Positions 40,028 through 51,116 of a DNA stretch of 64,000 bases are shown in pieces. Origin of the DNA: a virus; IMG/VR virus record IMGVR_UViG_3300028948_000703, positions 1-64,000 of that record. One strand, 5' to 3'. Position 1 is the stretch's first letter. Each line of letters starts with the position of its first letter. The notes under the pieces were generated by a model, which made no database searches, was not told where the DNA came from, and saw only the letters and a program-made list of their open reading frames with translations. A program made the translations under genes and the position numbers.

Positions 40028-41402
40028 AGGATAAGGCTATGTCTAATGTAGATTTTGAAGCTCTTAAGCAGCGTTGTGAAGCCGAAATGAACAGGCATGA
40101 CAGTGTTGGTCGTGAGAAGCGTATGCTGAACTACTCGGGCAAGGACTTTGCACCGGTTTTGGATCCCGAGTGGAATCGGCAGCATCGAGCTGCGCCCAAG
40201 CCCAGGTATACACTGAGCCCTGTTCAGCTGCGGCGTATGCGGAGCATCTAACAATGCGTCGCTGGTACTGGCCCGTTTGCGCGCTTAATGTGGCATTCGC
40301 TGCACAGCCATTTCTTTTTGATGTACCTGCCACAGGTTTTCATGTATTCAATGCATGTGTGGCGCTGCTGATGATCTGGGCAGGTCCCGTCAAACAGGAA
40401 AGCTAACAGTGGCATACATCGACTTCTACGACATTGCAGGGTCCTTGGAAGCTGTCAAGGACATTGCTCACAGTGCAGCACCTGGTGCACTGGTGCGTGA
40501 AGATGGGTTTCAGCGTCAAGGTTATGGTGAAATTCATCGAGTCTATATCACCTCGCAGGATCAACGATCGGCTCTTGATCTTGTTGCTCACGACACGTTT
40601 CTTACAATCTAACAGTATTCGGTTGTGATGTTTCACGTTTGTGCTATAATCGGCACATAGCAAGGAGCTAGGCAGATGTCACACTGGGAACATGGATACC
40701 ACGACGGGCTTAACAACAGGAATCCTGCAACGGCACGCTATCTGCATGATTCAATCCACGATCCGTATGACTTGAATGATTACTGTGCCGGCTACCGAAT
40801 GGGCATTCGGTGTCAGCCTGAAAAGGATCGCTGCATCGAAGGCGACCTGATTGGCAAGCCCGAGAACTTTGAAATTCGCAACTTCAACTAACATCAAGGA
40901 GACTAATCATGGCATTTGTTCGTTCCACAGCTAATCCGCAAGTTGGTGATATTCGCACGCTGAAGACTGATGTCGGTGCTGGACATGGCACCATTCTTCG
41001 TGGTAGCCGTGTGAAGATCATTGGACACAGCTATCGCGGCTGGGATATCGAAGACCTTGAGTCGGGTGAGCGGGTTTACGAGACCATTAGTTTCGATCTG
41101 TTCGAGCGTTGATAGACAACGGAGCAGGGCAATGGCTGGGCAGTTCCTTTACCTGAATATGACGTACGAAACACAAGCGGGAACGCACGTCAAGATGGTG
41201 AAAATTCACAATGCTGGGACTAGCTACGAAACGCTTGAGGACGAGCATGGTGTAAATCGCTATTCTCGCAGAGCTGAAGACATAGGTCGTTGCACCGGGT
41301 CTGCACACGATTACAGCGACCCGCGCAATATCAAACGATCCTAAAAACCACTAGACACGCTACCAATAGTCTTCTAGTATAGGATCAACAACGGAGCATA
41401 TT

Positions 41403-41690
41403 GTGTTCGACGATCTAGAGGATTATGAATCCAACGGTATCACCCTAAAGTTGGGCTGCGGTGCTTGTCCTGAGCAATATGAAGCCTATAACGAGAGTGG
41501 CGACCATGTGGGTTATCTTCGCTTGCGACATGGACGTTTCACTGTGGAATGTCCAGACGTTGGTTATGACCTTGTGCTGGAAGGGCGGCCCGAGGGCGAC
41601 GGACATTTCATGTATGAAGAACGCACACAGTGGCTGGAAAAGGCTGTGACTGCAATCAAAGAATGGATGGTGGCGCATGGAAAAGCGTAA
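41403..41690 (+). CDS. Conserved phage protein (ACPEQY..VGYLRLRHG)
   Basis: Motif common in phages; GGAG RBS. Confidence 0.75.
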   Translation: MFDDLEDYESNGITLKLGCGACPEQYEAYNESGDHVGYLRLRHGRFTVECPDVGYDLVLEGRPEGDGHFMYEERTQWLEKAVTAIKEWMVAHGKA

Positions 41691-42009
41691 GATCTACGAC
41701 GTCAGCACCAATACCGATCTCACTGAAGGCCGCGGCAGTGAGTATGTCAAGCATACCTGTGTGTTGCTTTCTACAGCTATACGACTTGCGCACCGAGGCT
41801 ATGTGCAGGGCAGCGACTGTCCTATTACCGCACGCGAAGTAGACTACGATCCCAAAACTGATATGTACTACGGTAAGATTGAAGTCAATCGTGGTACACC
41901 TGCAGATGTAAAGCAGGAAGAAAAGAGAGATCGGTTGCAATCAGTTCTAGAGCGTGCTAAACAGCTCGGACTAAGCGACGAAGACATCAAGATCATTCAG
42001 GAAAAATAA
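41677..42009 (+). CDS. Conserved phage protein (NTDLTEGRG)
   Basis: Overlapping operon gene. Confidence 0.7.
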   Translation: MEKRKIYDVSTNTDLTEGRGSEYVKHTCVLLSTAIRLAHRGYVQGSDCPITAREVDYDPKTDMYYGKIEVNRGTPADVKQEEKRDRLQSVLERAKQLGLSDEDIKIIQEK

Positions 42010-42214
42010 CATGCCTACGATTTATCGTGTTATTGCACGTGACGATAACAAGGTGCAACAGTTTCGCACTGCCTATGACGTTAGCATCTTCCTCTTGGGT
42101 CGTCGCATCACTGCGTACTTGATCATCAAGAGCGACAATCAGGGCGATCGCCTTATTGCGTGGCCCAGTGATCCCAATATTGAAATCATCGAAACGCATC
42201 TTGAATCCAGCTAG

Positions 42215-42943
42215 CTATTTTCGACCTCTTCTCCATCCATTTATAATATATTGATCTACCAAGTTTTTATTAATCATTCTTACTTGACCATCTTTAATAA
42301 CGCACACGCTGCCTTTTTTAGATTTGCTCATTTTGAGCTTTGATTCGTCGGTATGACATGTTATATGTTTAAAAAATATACGACCCATAACCCATCCGGC
42401 TTCTAAAAAGGGCTCTACCTTACTAGGATCAATATGCTTTGTTTTTTTCTCTGCAACATTTGATATCCAAATAAGACCTTTGCGTGTCTGTGACATTTTA
42501 TCCTTAACGTGATCAGACATTTTCTTACCAACATTTGCTAACCTTACTTTTTCTATAACAGAGCTTGGTTTTTTAACACCTTTTAATGCATTACTTATTT
42601 TTTGCTTATGTTCTTGTGTTTTTGGTGCATTAATGTTAAAAACTCCTTTGATATTTCCGTTTATCCAGTCAGATCTATTCATTACATCTAGTTTACGTAG
42701 GACATTCGCTTCCCATGACAATGCTTCGTTAGCAGTATGAAATGTTCGTCTCACTTCGACGTCAAAACTATCTTTACCATATTCTTTGATTAATTCGTGT
42801 ACTTTTTTGCTTGATGTAAAGTATGTAACCCAAAATGTCGCAGGATTGGCAATGTTTCGTTTGTGTTTTGCTACTTTAACGCCATAATACCGTAGACCAG
42901 TTGGTCGATGTATAATATAGTAAGTGTAAGGAATGTAATTCAT
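42215..42943 (-). CDS. Free-standing GIY-YIG homing endonuclease with NUMOD3-like repeats
   Basis: YTY..TGLRYYG..YFTSS..E..L..N; HKQKIS, KMS and GWRRGR motifs; antisense to neighbouring genes. Confidence 0.85.
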   Translation of the reverse strand: MNYIPYTYYIIHRPTGLRYYGVKVAKHKRNIANPATFWVTYFTSSKKVHELIKEYGKDSFDVEVRRTFHTANEALSWEANVLRKLDVMNRSDWINGNIKGVFNINAPKTQEHKQKISNALKGVKKPSSVIEKVRLANVGKKMSDHVKDKMSQTRKGLIWISNVAEKKTKHIDPSKVEPFLEAGWVMGRIFFKHITCHTDESKLKMSKSKKGSVCVIKDGQVRMINKNLVDQYIINGWRRGRK

Positions 42944-43318
42944 ATGAAACCTCTTTATCATGCCCAAGCGTCCGCACGTAGATATGGTGGAACGGTAGAG
43001 TGTTATTTACCTTTGCACAATTTCTTTGACAGTTCCAAACAGTGTTTGGCGGATGTTAGGCATCGTGCTATTCTGCACTCCAGCTTTGGTATCTTTCTGC
43101 TAGAACGAGTCTTTGGAGAGTATATCACAAATTCAGCAGGTCGTCGAGTTTGTGTACGTGATATTGGCGAAGAGCATGTCATTGAGGATCTGGGCACCAT
43201 TCCCACTGTGGAAAAATGGCTGCGTAATCTGCCCATTGAAGACTGGATGACCAGCGCACGCCATAACAAGATCATCAAGACTACGCATATCAGTTTCGAT
43301 GATGTCAAGGTTGATTAA
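42944..43318 (+). CDS. DUF6915-like protein
   Basis: PLYHA.SARRYGG..Y..LH.FFD.SK..RHRAILH..GE.HV.EDLG.IP. Confidence 0.7.
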   Translation: MKPLYHAQASARRYGGTVECYLPLHNFFDSSKQCLADVRHRAILHSSFGIFLLERVFGEYITNSAGRRVCVRDIGEEHVIEDLGTIPTVEKWLRNLPIEDWMTSARHNKIIKTTHISFDDVKVD

Positions 43319-43333
43319 CAAGGAGCAAAATTA

Positions 43334-43756
43334 ATGACGAATACCCGCAATCTACTTTCTCTAGTTCAGGAATATGACGCCAAGGTCAAGGCCATGCGTG
43401 AAGAGCTCAGCAACGAGTTCAAGACGCAGTTCAAGACCATTAGCACGGAGATTTTCTCCAAGTATCCTGAAATCCTCAAGTTTGGTTGGACTCAGTACAC
43501 GCCCTACTTCAATGACGGTGATGCCTGCGTTTTCCACTACAATGATATGTATGTCTGCACGGATCCTGAATCTGCAGACGGCAGCGTCTATGACTGGGAA
43601 GACATGTATAGCCTCAAGAATAAGTACCCTGAGCTTGCAGAGTTTGAAAAGGTTCTGAGCTCCAGCGAGGACATCCTGCTTGCTATGTTCGGTGATCATG
43701 TTCAGGTCACTGTGACGCCGGCTGGAATTGATGTTGACGAGTACGAACACGACTAG
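43334..43756 (+). CDS. Conserved phage protein (WTQYTPYFNDGD..FGDH..EYEHD)
   Basis: AAGGAG RBS. Confidence 0.75.
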   Translation: MTNTRNLLSLVQEYDAKVKAMREELSNEFKTQFKTISTEIFSKYPEILKFGWTQYTPYFNDGDACVFHYNDMYVCTDPESADGSVYDWEDMYSLKNKYPELAEFEKVLSSSEDILLAMFGDHVQVTVTPAGIDVDEYEHD

Positions 43757-43768
43757 TATATTGCAGGT

Positions 43769-43872
43769 ACAGCGGAGGTTGCGTTTACTACCAATTAACG
43801 AAAACACGCTGTCAAGCCGTTAGGGACCGCGGGGAAGTAGCTGAAAAGGCCTTCCAGAGTGTCCCACTTTTT
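43769..43872 (+). ncRNA. Candidate ~100-nt sRNA or attenuator leader
   Basis: TTGACG-17-TATATT promoter; ACAGCG/CGCTGT and GGGAC/GTCCC stems; T6 tract. Confidence 0.45.
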
Positions 43873-43880
43873 TAGGTGCA

Positions 43881-44234
43881 ATGATGATACTGGCTTGTTG
43901 TCCATTCTGCGCTGCTGAACCCCCAAATACCATTGTAATCAACGAAGTTAGACGCTTTTATAGGGTCTACTGCAATGGTTGTGGCAGTGCTGGTCCATTT
44001 GGTGACACCGAAGAGCAGGCCAGTGAGCTGTGGAATTTGTCCAGTAAACAGCGCTCTCAAGCATTCGCCGAAGCAGCCAAGATAGTTCGCAGTGAGATTA
44101 CCAGAGTTCAAGATCTCTGTAAGTTCCCAGAATCCACAGATGTAGCCACAGAGCGTCTTAGATTTGCAGTTTTGGGTCGCGTTGATGGCCTTGTTATGCT
44201 AGAACGAGCTATGCTAGATAAGGTCGTAAAATAG
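43881..44234 (+). CDS. Lar-family restriction-alleviation-like zinc-finger protein
   Basis: CPFC..VYCNGCGSAGP..A.ELWN. Confidence 0.7.
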   Translation: MMILACCPFCAAEPPNTIVINEVRRFYRVYCNGCGSAGPFGDTEEQASELWNLSSKQRSQAFAEAAKIVRSEITRVQDLCKFPESTDVATERLRFAVLGRVDGLVMLERAMLDKVVK

Positions 44235-44284
44235 GTTCAAAATGATTGACTTATTCTTGGACACGAAGTAACAATCAAGTTACA

Positions 44285-44790
44285 CTGTTGATAGCCTTGC
44301 TCGGGCGATTGAGAGAGCAGCTCACCATTGGAATAAGAATGGGATGCATTTGGGCAGCAGCAAGTCTGATATGCACTAACCTACTGACGGTAGGATGAGC
44401 AGGCACGTCCTCTGCATATCTGGATAACAAGTCAAATAGGCTTGTCGAAGCACGTATAAACCGCAAATGGTACTTGAGATATGGAGGCGGTAATCTCACA
44501 TCAATGACATCGCATGGTAGTGTTACATCTGAAGCTATACGACGAGATGAGCAGACTTTAGCATAATCGGGAGGAAATCATGACAGCCCCGTTCCTGTGT
44601 GACGCACAGGTTGCGAATAGCAGATGAGGCAATTAAAGGACTCGACGAACGCAAACTTTAATTTACACGATTGACTGGACACAGTCGTCGTGTGACTTTG
44701 GATCTGACGAATGCAATAGAGTTGGTGAAGCAAAGTGAACCGTTAGGTGAAACGGCTGAAATCAACAGATGAACGTGAGGTTCATCTCAT
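44285..44790 (+). ncRNA. Large ornate structured non-coding RNA (~485 nt plus a 3' hairpin)
   Basis: TTGACT..AACAAT promoter; complementary ends CTGTTGAT/ATCAACAG; nested long-range helices and many hairpins; no credible ORF. Confidence 0.75.
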
Positions 44791-44826
44791 TTGACTGCAA
44801 ATGAATAGTTTTGGTATAATATCTAG

Positions 44827-45351
44827 ATGTTTACCATCATAAAACCCAAAACTTACTCTGACTCTCGTGGTTGGTTTAGAGAGACATATCAATGCCAACA
44901 TATGGAATCACTGGGCATATATAGCAGTTTTGTCCAAGAGAATCAATCCTTATCATATCAAGCAGGCACTGTGAGAGGTCTGCATTATCAAGCACCACCA
45001 TATGCACAGTCCAAGCTAATATCTGTGCTAGCCGGCAGTATCTATGATGTAATCATTGACATACGCCGGAATTCTGCTACATATGGGCATTGGACTGCAT
45101 ATACGCTAACTGTAGAGTCAGGTGAACAGCTTTACGTTCCCAGCGGATTTGCACATGGCTTTTGCACGCTGGAACCCAACACACGCATACAATACAAGGT
45201 AGACCATGTATATCATCCTGCCAGTGAGGGTGGTATTTCATGGTGTGATCGTGACTTGAACATCCCGTGGCCAGTATCTATGGCTCAAGCAATAGTGTCA
45301 GATCGAGACGCTGCGTTGCCGACGTGGAACAACTTTATAAGCCCATTTTAG
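44827..45351 (+). CDS. rmlC: dTDP-4-dehydrorhamnose 3,5-epimerase
   Basis: DSRGWFRE, QENQSLS, RGLHYQ, GFAHGFCTL and YKVD motifs; apparently leaderless after TATAAT. Confidence 0.95.
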   Translation: MFTIIKPKTYSDSRGWFRETYQCQHMESLGIYSSFVQENQSLSYQAGTVRGLHYQAPPYAQSKLISVLAGSIYDVIIDIRRNSATYGHWTAYTLTVESGEQLYVPSGFAHGFCTLEPNTRIQYKVDHVYHPASEGGISWCDRDLNIPWPVSMAQAIVSDRDAALPTWNNFISPF

Positions 45352-45359
45352 GTCTGTCA

Positions 45360-46250
45360 ATGCTTTTGATATTTGGTAAAACAGGACAACTAGCGCAATC
45401 ACTGGCCGGCCTCGCTCAATCGAGCAACATTCCAGTAACTGCAACTGCACGAGATACAGTGGACATCACCGACAAATCCAGCATAGAGTCTGTGATCAAG
45501 ACCGTTCGTCCTAGATTAGTCGTCAATGCCGCGGCTTATACAGCAGTAGATCTTGCAGAGACTGAGCGAGACCAAGCCGAACAAGCAAATACTCTAGCTC
45601 CGGGTCTCGTAGCAGAAGTCTGTGCAAATTCCAAGGTACCCATGATACATATATCAACTGACTATGTGTTTGATGGCTGCAAACTCAAACCTTACATAGA
45701 AAGTGATCAATTGTCCCCTGTGTCAGTCTATGGCCAGACAAAAGCAGCCGGCGAGGCACGTGTACGAGATGCTCTTGAGCAGCATGTGATCCTTAGAACC
45801 AGCTGGGTTTACAGCAGATTCGGACGAAACTTTGTTAAAACTATGATCAATCTTGCTGCAACGCAACCTGAAATATCAGTTGTTGCAGATCAAACAGGCT
45901 GTCCCACAGCAGCTGACGACGTATCATCCGCTATAATCACTGTATATCAAGCTATGCAGCAAGGCATCACAGCCTGGGGAACATATCACTTTGCTGGCAC
46001 AGGCATCACCACATGGTATGATTTTGCAGTGAGAGTCATTGACGCTCAATCTGCTATAACAGGACATTGTCCTCAGATGCGACCTATCTCTTCCAGAGAA
46101 TATCCCACTGCGGCACAGCGACCACAGAACTCAGCATTGAGCAGTGATTTGTTTGCACGGAAATTTGGCTATCGTGCTAGGCCATGGCATCTTGCAGTTA
46201 AACAAACAGTTGATCAGCTATTAAAAGGAAAACACAGTGACATCACTTAG
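45360..46250 (+). CDS. rmlD: dTDP-4-dehydrorhamnose reductase
   Basis: GKTGQL, NAAAYTAVD, HISTDYVFDG, YGQTK and LRTSWVY motifs. Confidence 0.95.
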   Translation: MLLIFGKTGQLAQSLAGLAQSSNIPVTATARDTVDITDKSSIESVIKTVRPRLVVNAAAYTAVDLAETERDQAEQANTLAPGLVAEVCANSKVPMIHISTDYVFDGCKLKPYIESDQLSPVSVYGQTKAAGEARVRDALEQHVILRTSWVYSRFGRNFVKTMINLAATQPEISVVADQTGCPTAADDVSSAIITVYQAMQQGITAWGTYHFAGTGITTWYDFAVRVIDAQSAITGHCPQMRPISSREYPTAAQRPQNSALSSDLFARKFGYRARPWHLAVKQTVDQLLKGKHSDIT

Positions 46251-46947
46251 CGTCACCTGCATTGAAACTAGACATTATCAACGCTCTGCTGAAGCTGTTC
46301 AACGCACTATAAGCTGTTTACCTGCGGGTAGTGTAGACTGTGTTTATTGGTTTAGCAATGCAGATTTTCCAGTGTCATTGCCTGGCATTGAGATTATACG
46401 CATAGACACACCATGTTTTACTCACTTCATCGACGATATCAATAGACTTTGTTTACGTATAATTCCACGTGTTGTCACCACAGATCACACAATAGTTGTT
46501 CAAGGTGATGGATTTGCCGTGAATGGCGATGCATGGGATCCCTCATTCCTTGAGTATGATTACATAGGTGCGTGTTGGCCTTGTATGTGGGACGGACCAC
46601 ATTCCATAGTAGGCAATGGAGGATTTAGTCTACGAAGTCAGCGTTTGTTAAAAGCTCTTAGAGAAATCAATGCTCGCTGGCAACTCAGTGACTGGGAAGG
46701 TGATCCTCGATTGGATCAGCGTGATCATTATGTGTTGAATCCTGACAAGAGTCTACCAGAAGATATTCTCGTTTGCCAGTGGTATAGACCGCAGCTCGAA
46801 GCTGACTATGGTATTAAATTCTGCCCAGTTGAGCTAGCAAACAAGTTCAGCGTTGAAAGCATTCATCCAGTTACAGAATCTTGGCTAGGCAAAAGCTTTG
46901 GATTTCATGGTGTTACTGCTGCACCTTATTATGGTGTTAGCTTATAG
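46237..46947 (+). CDS. DUF5672-like (glycosyltransferase-associated) protein
   Basis: Q.DGF..YDYIGA.W..VGNGGFSLRS..ED..FS.E..FGFH. Confidence 0.75.
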   Translation: MTSLSVTCIETRHYQRSAEAVQRTISCLPAGSVDCVYWFSNADFPVSLPGIEIIRIDTPCFTHFIDDINRLCLRIIPRVVTTDHTIVVQGDGFAVNGDAWDPSFLEYDYIGACWPCMWDGPHSIVGNGGFSLRSQRLLKALREINARWQLSDWEGDPRLDQRDHYVLNPDKSLPEDILVCQWYRPQLEADYGIKFCPVELANKFSVESIHPVTESWLGKSFGFHGVTAAPYYGVSL

Positions 46948-48945
46948 CTACCAAACGAACTCACTATATAGCTCTCCAAGCTGTTCTGCAAGCTCAATGT
47001 GTTCTTGTATCAGCTGACCGCTTGAGCGAGCAATAGTTAATGCTTCTGCTCGGCTGACAAACTCATCACGGTCTGTAATAAATCCTTCTTCGCCATAGGA
47101 AATCCTGCATAAGCTATAACCCATGCTCAGCAACAGCCAGATTACATTGTGATGACGAGAGGGAGGAAGAATCCAATGGACTTCTCCATCTCGTGTTTTG
47201 ATTGCAGCAGCTTTAATCTGCACTAGCGCAGAGTCCAGTCCATGATAATAGCCACGGCTTTTGCACTCATTGCCAGAAAGAAAAACCAGTAGGCAATCCT
47301 CTCAGCAGCTACTGGTTTTTCCCAACCTCTTGCAATAAAGTAAAAAGCGGCTGCAAACGATGTTAGATAGCCGATGATGTATGTAATTGCTTCAAGAGAA
47401 GTCATCGTGGTCCCCGCAGCTATTTGTTGAGCATCTTGGCCAGCAACTTGCTATCAAGCTCGGGCTCGCTCTTGAGCTTAAGGCTGATGCTTTCACCGTG
47501 AGCAACTACAGATCCGTCATCTTCGACGCGAACAAAGCCTGCACGCTCCGGCTTCCACTGCCCGATAATCAGGGCCATGCTGCCATGCTGCACGTGATTA
47601 GGGAAGATAACAGGCACATAGTTGAGCCCAGTATCAAAGATGATGTATTTGGCATCTGTGCTAAACATTTGGTCCCCGCAGCATATTACTCAAATACTAT
47701 ACTACTTGAGTACTTGGATTTCAACCACTGTATAAGACCAGTTTGCTTCGTCTGGTTGACGTGGCATTGCGTTAATTTCCTCAACCCAAGACTCAGCACG
47801 CTCCTGAGTTTCATATGCAAGGATAGCTCCGTCCTTAACAGAGCCACGCCAGCGTTCAATTACAAATACAGTCTTATACATGGTCCCCGCACTAGTCTTC
47901 GTATTCCGCACGCTTCCGTTGAAGTTCGGCAATCTGCTGGTCGATCTTCTCTCGTTGACGTGCACGCGCTTCCACACGCGCCCGCTCAGCATCCTTTGCC
48001 ACATCATTGATGTTCTTGACGTTGATCTTAACGATAGACCCACCGCCGCCCCACTGCCAGAACCCTGGCATAATTACAGCAGTAGCGAGAATGTCTTTGA
48101 GTTTGCCAGCATACACGCCAAGATTGGGCTGATGATGATGCCCACCGAGATCACAGTTGGGATCTTCACCACGGACCTGCCACAGCCCTTCCTCATCAAG
48201 CTGATGCTTTTCCATAAGGGACTTGTATGCGTAGGTACCGCGATACTTGGCAAGTGCTTCCTGAGAATTCATGTTGTTTCTCCTTGTGTTACCGGATATT
48301 AGACATAATCCAAGTGGGTTGCAAGCTGTTTCTTGAGAGTGTCAATTCGTCCTGTCAACTCCTGAAACATCTTGGAGTATTTTTCGCGAGTGTAGTAACC
48401 ACTCTGCGAGGTAAGATAGGAGTAATCCTGGTTCAGCTCACGCAGCTCTCGCAGCAGCGACATTGCGTAAGTCATAGAATGGTCCATGAGAATCAATCCT
48501 TGTATAGATAGCTTGCAGCCAACTCCAGTGCGGTGATACGGCTAATACGCATGTATTGTAGCTTCTTTAGATGCTCAAGTCGAGCACGTTTTTCCTTGGG
48601 CTTTTCCTTCATTGCCTCGCGAATGGCTTCTGCATTCTCTCTGGCAACGTTGAGATGCAGACGCGCACGGCGACGAAACTCAACTCGATCTTCCAGCATT
48701 GTTTACCCCTTGATATACTTGTCAACGTCCAGCAAGGCCTTGATCACACCTGCATGATCATTCTGACGCATGGGTTTTGACACATGCTCTACCAGCATGT
48801 CAAGCATTGCGGCATCACGCTGCCGCTTTGCCTCGCTGCGCTGATTTTTGCGCTGACGAATTTCAGCCTGGCGTGCGAGCTCAGCTTTGCGCGGATCAGG
48901 AAAACCCTGCGCCTTGAGTTCAGCAATGGTGGGATACTTAGCCAT
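46948..48945 (-). CDS. Minus-strand operon of about 8 small hypothetical genes (46948-47223, 47223-47405, 47420-47668, 47702-47881, 47892-48272, 48299-48496, 48493-48699, 48703-48945)
   Basis: Abutting ORFs downstream of a minus-strand TATAAT promoter at ~49055. Confidence 0.65.
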
Positions 48946-49403
48946 TTGCGCCTCACAGTTTGGTAAACCCGGTGGGTGCTGCCCCCACTATCCACCGCTT
49001 AAAAGGCGGTTGCTTTTGCTGCTAAGCTACGGGTTCTTTAACAACGTTCCGCTATTATACAGACTTGCCATCTAGAGTCAATTGATAGTTTATGGTTGCA
49101 TGTTATCGGTAATATGTTATGATAGCTAAAGCAACGCAAGGAGCACGTAATGAGCACCAATTCTCCACTGATGGTCGATCCTCCCGAAGGATGGCGATAT
49201 GGCTTTCCCAAGGCCTACTTTAAGAACCGTGTGGGTTCCGATCGTGAACTGCGCTCGTGGCTTCTGCACTATGGCTACCCTGCCAAAATGATCGATAGCC
49301 TTGGTCCTAAGATGCGAGGCATTCGTTTCATCGGCGGTGAATAATACGTTGACTCTTAGATAGTGTTGATATATGATAATCAGACATTAACTAGGAGTGT
49401 GAC

Positions 49404-49805
49404 ATGACTGTAGACTTCAAAGCTAAGATTGAAGAGTTTGTCAAGGCTAATCGCAAGGTTTGGCCCGAGTGGCCCAAAGCGGTAAAGCCAAAGCGTCGTA
49501 ACCCCAGGCATCGTCACAGAGATCAGGTTTACTGGGTGTACGATAATACGTTTAGCTATGACCAAAAACTCACAACCTGGTTGTTATACGACAACGAAGT
49601 GCTTGAGATTGATGGCATTGAGAATATGGGTGTGGTAGATGGTCCGGAAGGCGAAGAGGGTCTCTGGGAGTGCTGGGATTCACATTATCAGCTAGCTAAC
49701 AAGCCCGGCAAAGGTGTAAGACTGCGTGAAGTAACGGCCAAGGAAGCACGTCGCCTTTGGCTGGGTCGGCTTTGCAGCGACGATAATGATGATGAATTTA
49801 GTTGA
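49404..49805 (+). CDS. Hypothetical protein
   Basis: TTGACT..GATAAT promoter and AGGAG RBS. Confidence 0.7.
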   Translation: MTVDFKAKIEEFVKANRKVWPEWPKAVKPKRRNPRHRHRDQVYWVYDNTFSYDQKLTTWLLYDNEVLEIDGIENMGVVDGPEGEEGLWECWDSHYQLANKPGKGVRLREVTAKEARRLWLGRLCSDDNDDEFS

Positions 49806-49854
49806 CGGGCTATTACCAATAGCGTATAAAGCTCAGCACACAAGGAGCTAGACA

Positions 49855-50733
49855 ATGTTTGCAGATTTCCTTTTGGTACCCGGCGATCGAGTGGTCATAA
49901 AGATGGACCCGGAGGCCCGTGCATGGCGTGGCGGACTGCCCGATGGCACCCAGGGAACTGTGGTTGGCAAGGTGAGGTATCGTCGCTATGCCACTCGTTA
50001 CGGCATCGACACCTACAGCTTTGCTCAGCCTGGCATCTACGAGCTGGACGGTGTGCCGCGGGTCAAGTGGGACACTGGTAAGATTGACACTGTGAGCACC
50101 TACGATATCGAAGCAGTCGACACCAAAAAGTTCGAGCAGCGTGTGGAAACCCAGTATCGCTCTGCTGTTCGTGCAGGAGAAGATGGCAAAGAGATCGAAC
50201 ACCGGTTCCGCAATATGGTGAGGCTTGGTGATCTGCCCGATGCCAAGTTCTACGAGCTGGATCGTGTTCGTGTGTCGTGCTTTAACGATACGGGCACTGT
50301 CAAAGAGGTGATGTATACCTGGGCGCTGAACGAGCAGACCGGACAGTGCAACGATGAACGTGGCATGTGCTATCGCGTCGATCTGGACCGCGGTGGATCT
50401 ACTCACGTGCATGATACTGAGCTTGAGCTGAAAATGCGTGGAAACATGTATAATCATCTCCATGGGCTTCCTCTAGAGTTTGTTGACATCCGCGAGGAGA
50501 TCAGCTGGGCCAAAGGTCTGACGCAGATCAAGGAAGTTCGCAATCCTGCTAATCAGCTTTACAGCTGGACCAAAGAATCTGCTCTGGCTGCGGTGGAGTC
50601 TGGGCTGGGAGACTGCATTACTGCTGGTAACGGACTGTTTGGTAGTGGCCTGCATGTTTCCGTGTGGAAGTGCAACGACAGCGATCTTGGACGGCGTGCG
50701 CGGCTGGCAACTATGCGTGGTTTTGGCCTTTAA
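49855..50733 (+). CDS. Hypothetical protein with SH3-like/KOW-like segments
   Basis: PGDRVV..GTQGTVV..VKWDTG; AAGGAG RBS. Confidence 0.7.
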   Translation: MFADFLLVPGDRVVIKMDPEARAWRGGLPDGTQGTVVGKVRYRRYATRYGIDTYSFAQPGIYELDGVPRVKWDTGKIDTVSTYDIEAVDTKKFEQRVETQYRSAVRAGEDGKEIEHRFRNMVRLGDLPDAKFYELDRVRVSCFNDTGTVKEVMYTWALNEQTGQCNDERGMCYRVDLDRGGSTHVHDTELELKMRGNMYNHLHGLPLEFVDIREEISWAKGLTQIKEVRNPANQLYSWTKESALAAVESGLGDCITAGNGLFGSGLHVSVWKCNDSDLGRRARLATMRGFGL

Positions 50734-50792
50734 TTGGTTGAACAACCAGATCAGCTAGTGTATAAGCTAGCAGAACGAATTAGGAGCCAACA

Positions 50793-51116
50793 ATGAGCTT
50801 GGATGTTTATCTGAATGCGGTGCGTCCGACTACGGTCTACACTCGGAACATCACGCACAACATGGGCCGGATGGCTGATGCCGCGGGTATCTATCAGCAT
50901 ATCTGGCGGCCCGAAGAGCTGAACATCAAGACTGCTGGCGAGCTGATCGAACCCCTGACAGCGGGTCTGGCTCGCCTCAAGGCTGATCCTGCGCACTTCA
51001 GCCAGTTCAATCCTGCCAACGGCTGGGGTAACTATGAAAATCTGGTCGAATTCGTTGACGAGTATCTGGATGCGTGCATTGCTAATCCGGATGCAACAAT
51101 TGAAGCCTGTCGTTAA
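50793..51116 (+). CDS. Conserved phage protein (MSLDVYL..NITHN..NP.NGWG.Y)
   Basis: Common phage motif. Confidence 0.75.
   Translation: MSLDVYLNAVRPTTVYTRNITHNMGRMADAAGIYQHIWRPEELNIKTAGELIEPLTAGLARLKADPAHFSQFNPANGWGNYENLVEFVDEYLDACIANPDATIEACR

Noticed and set aside
44285-44790. RNase P RNA, tmRNA or group I intron
   Set aside because: GAGGAAA is present but not as GAGGAAAGUCC near the 5' end. There is no tRNA-like CCA end and no interrupted host gene. An Rfam search is still needed.
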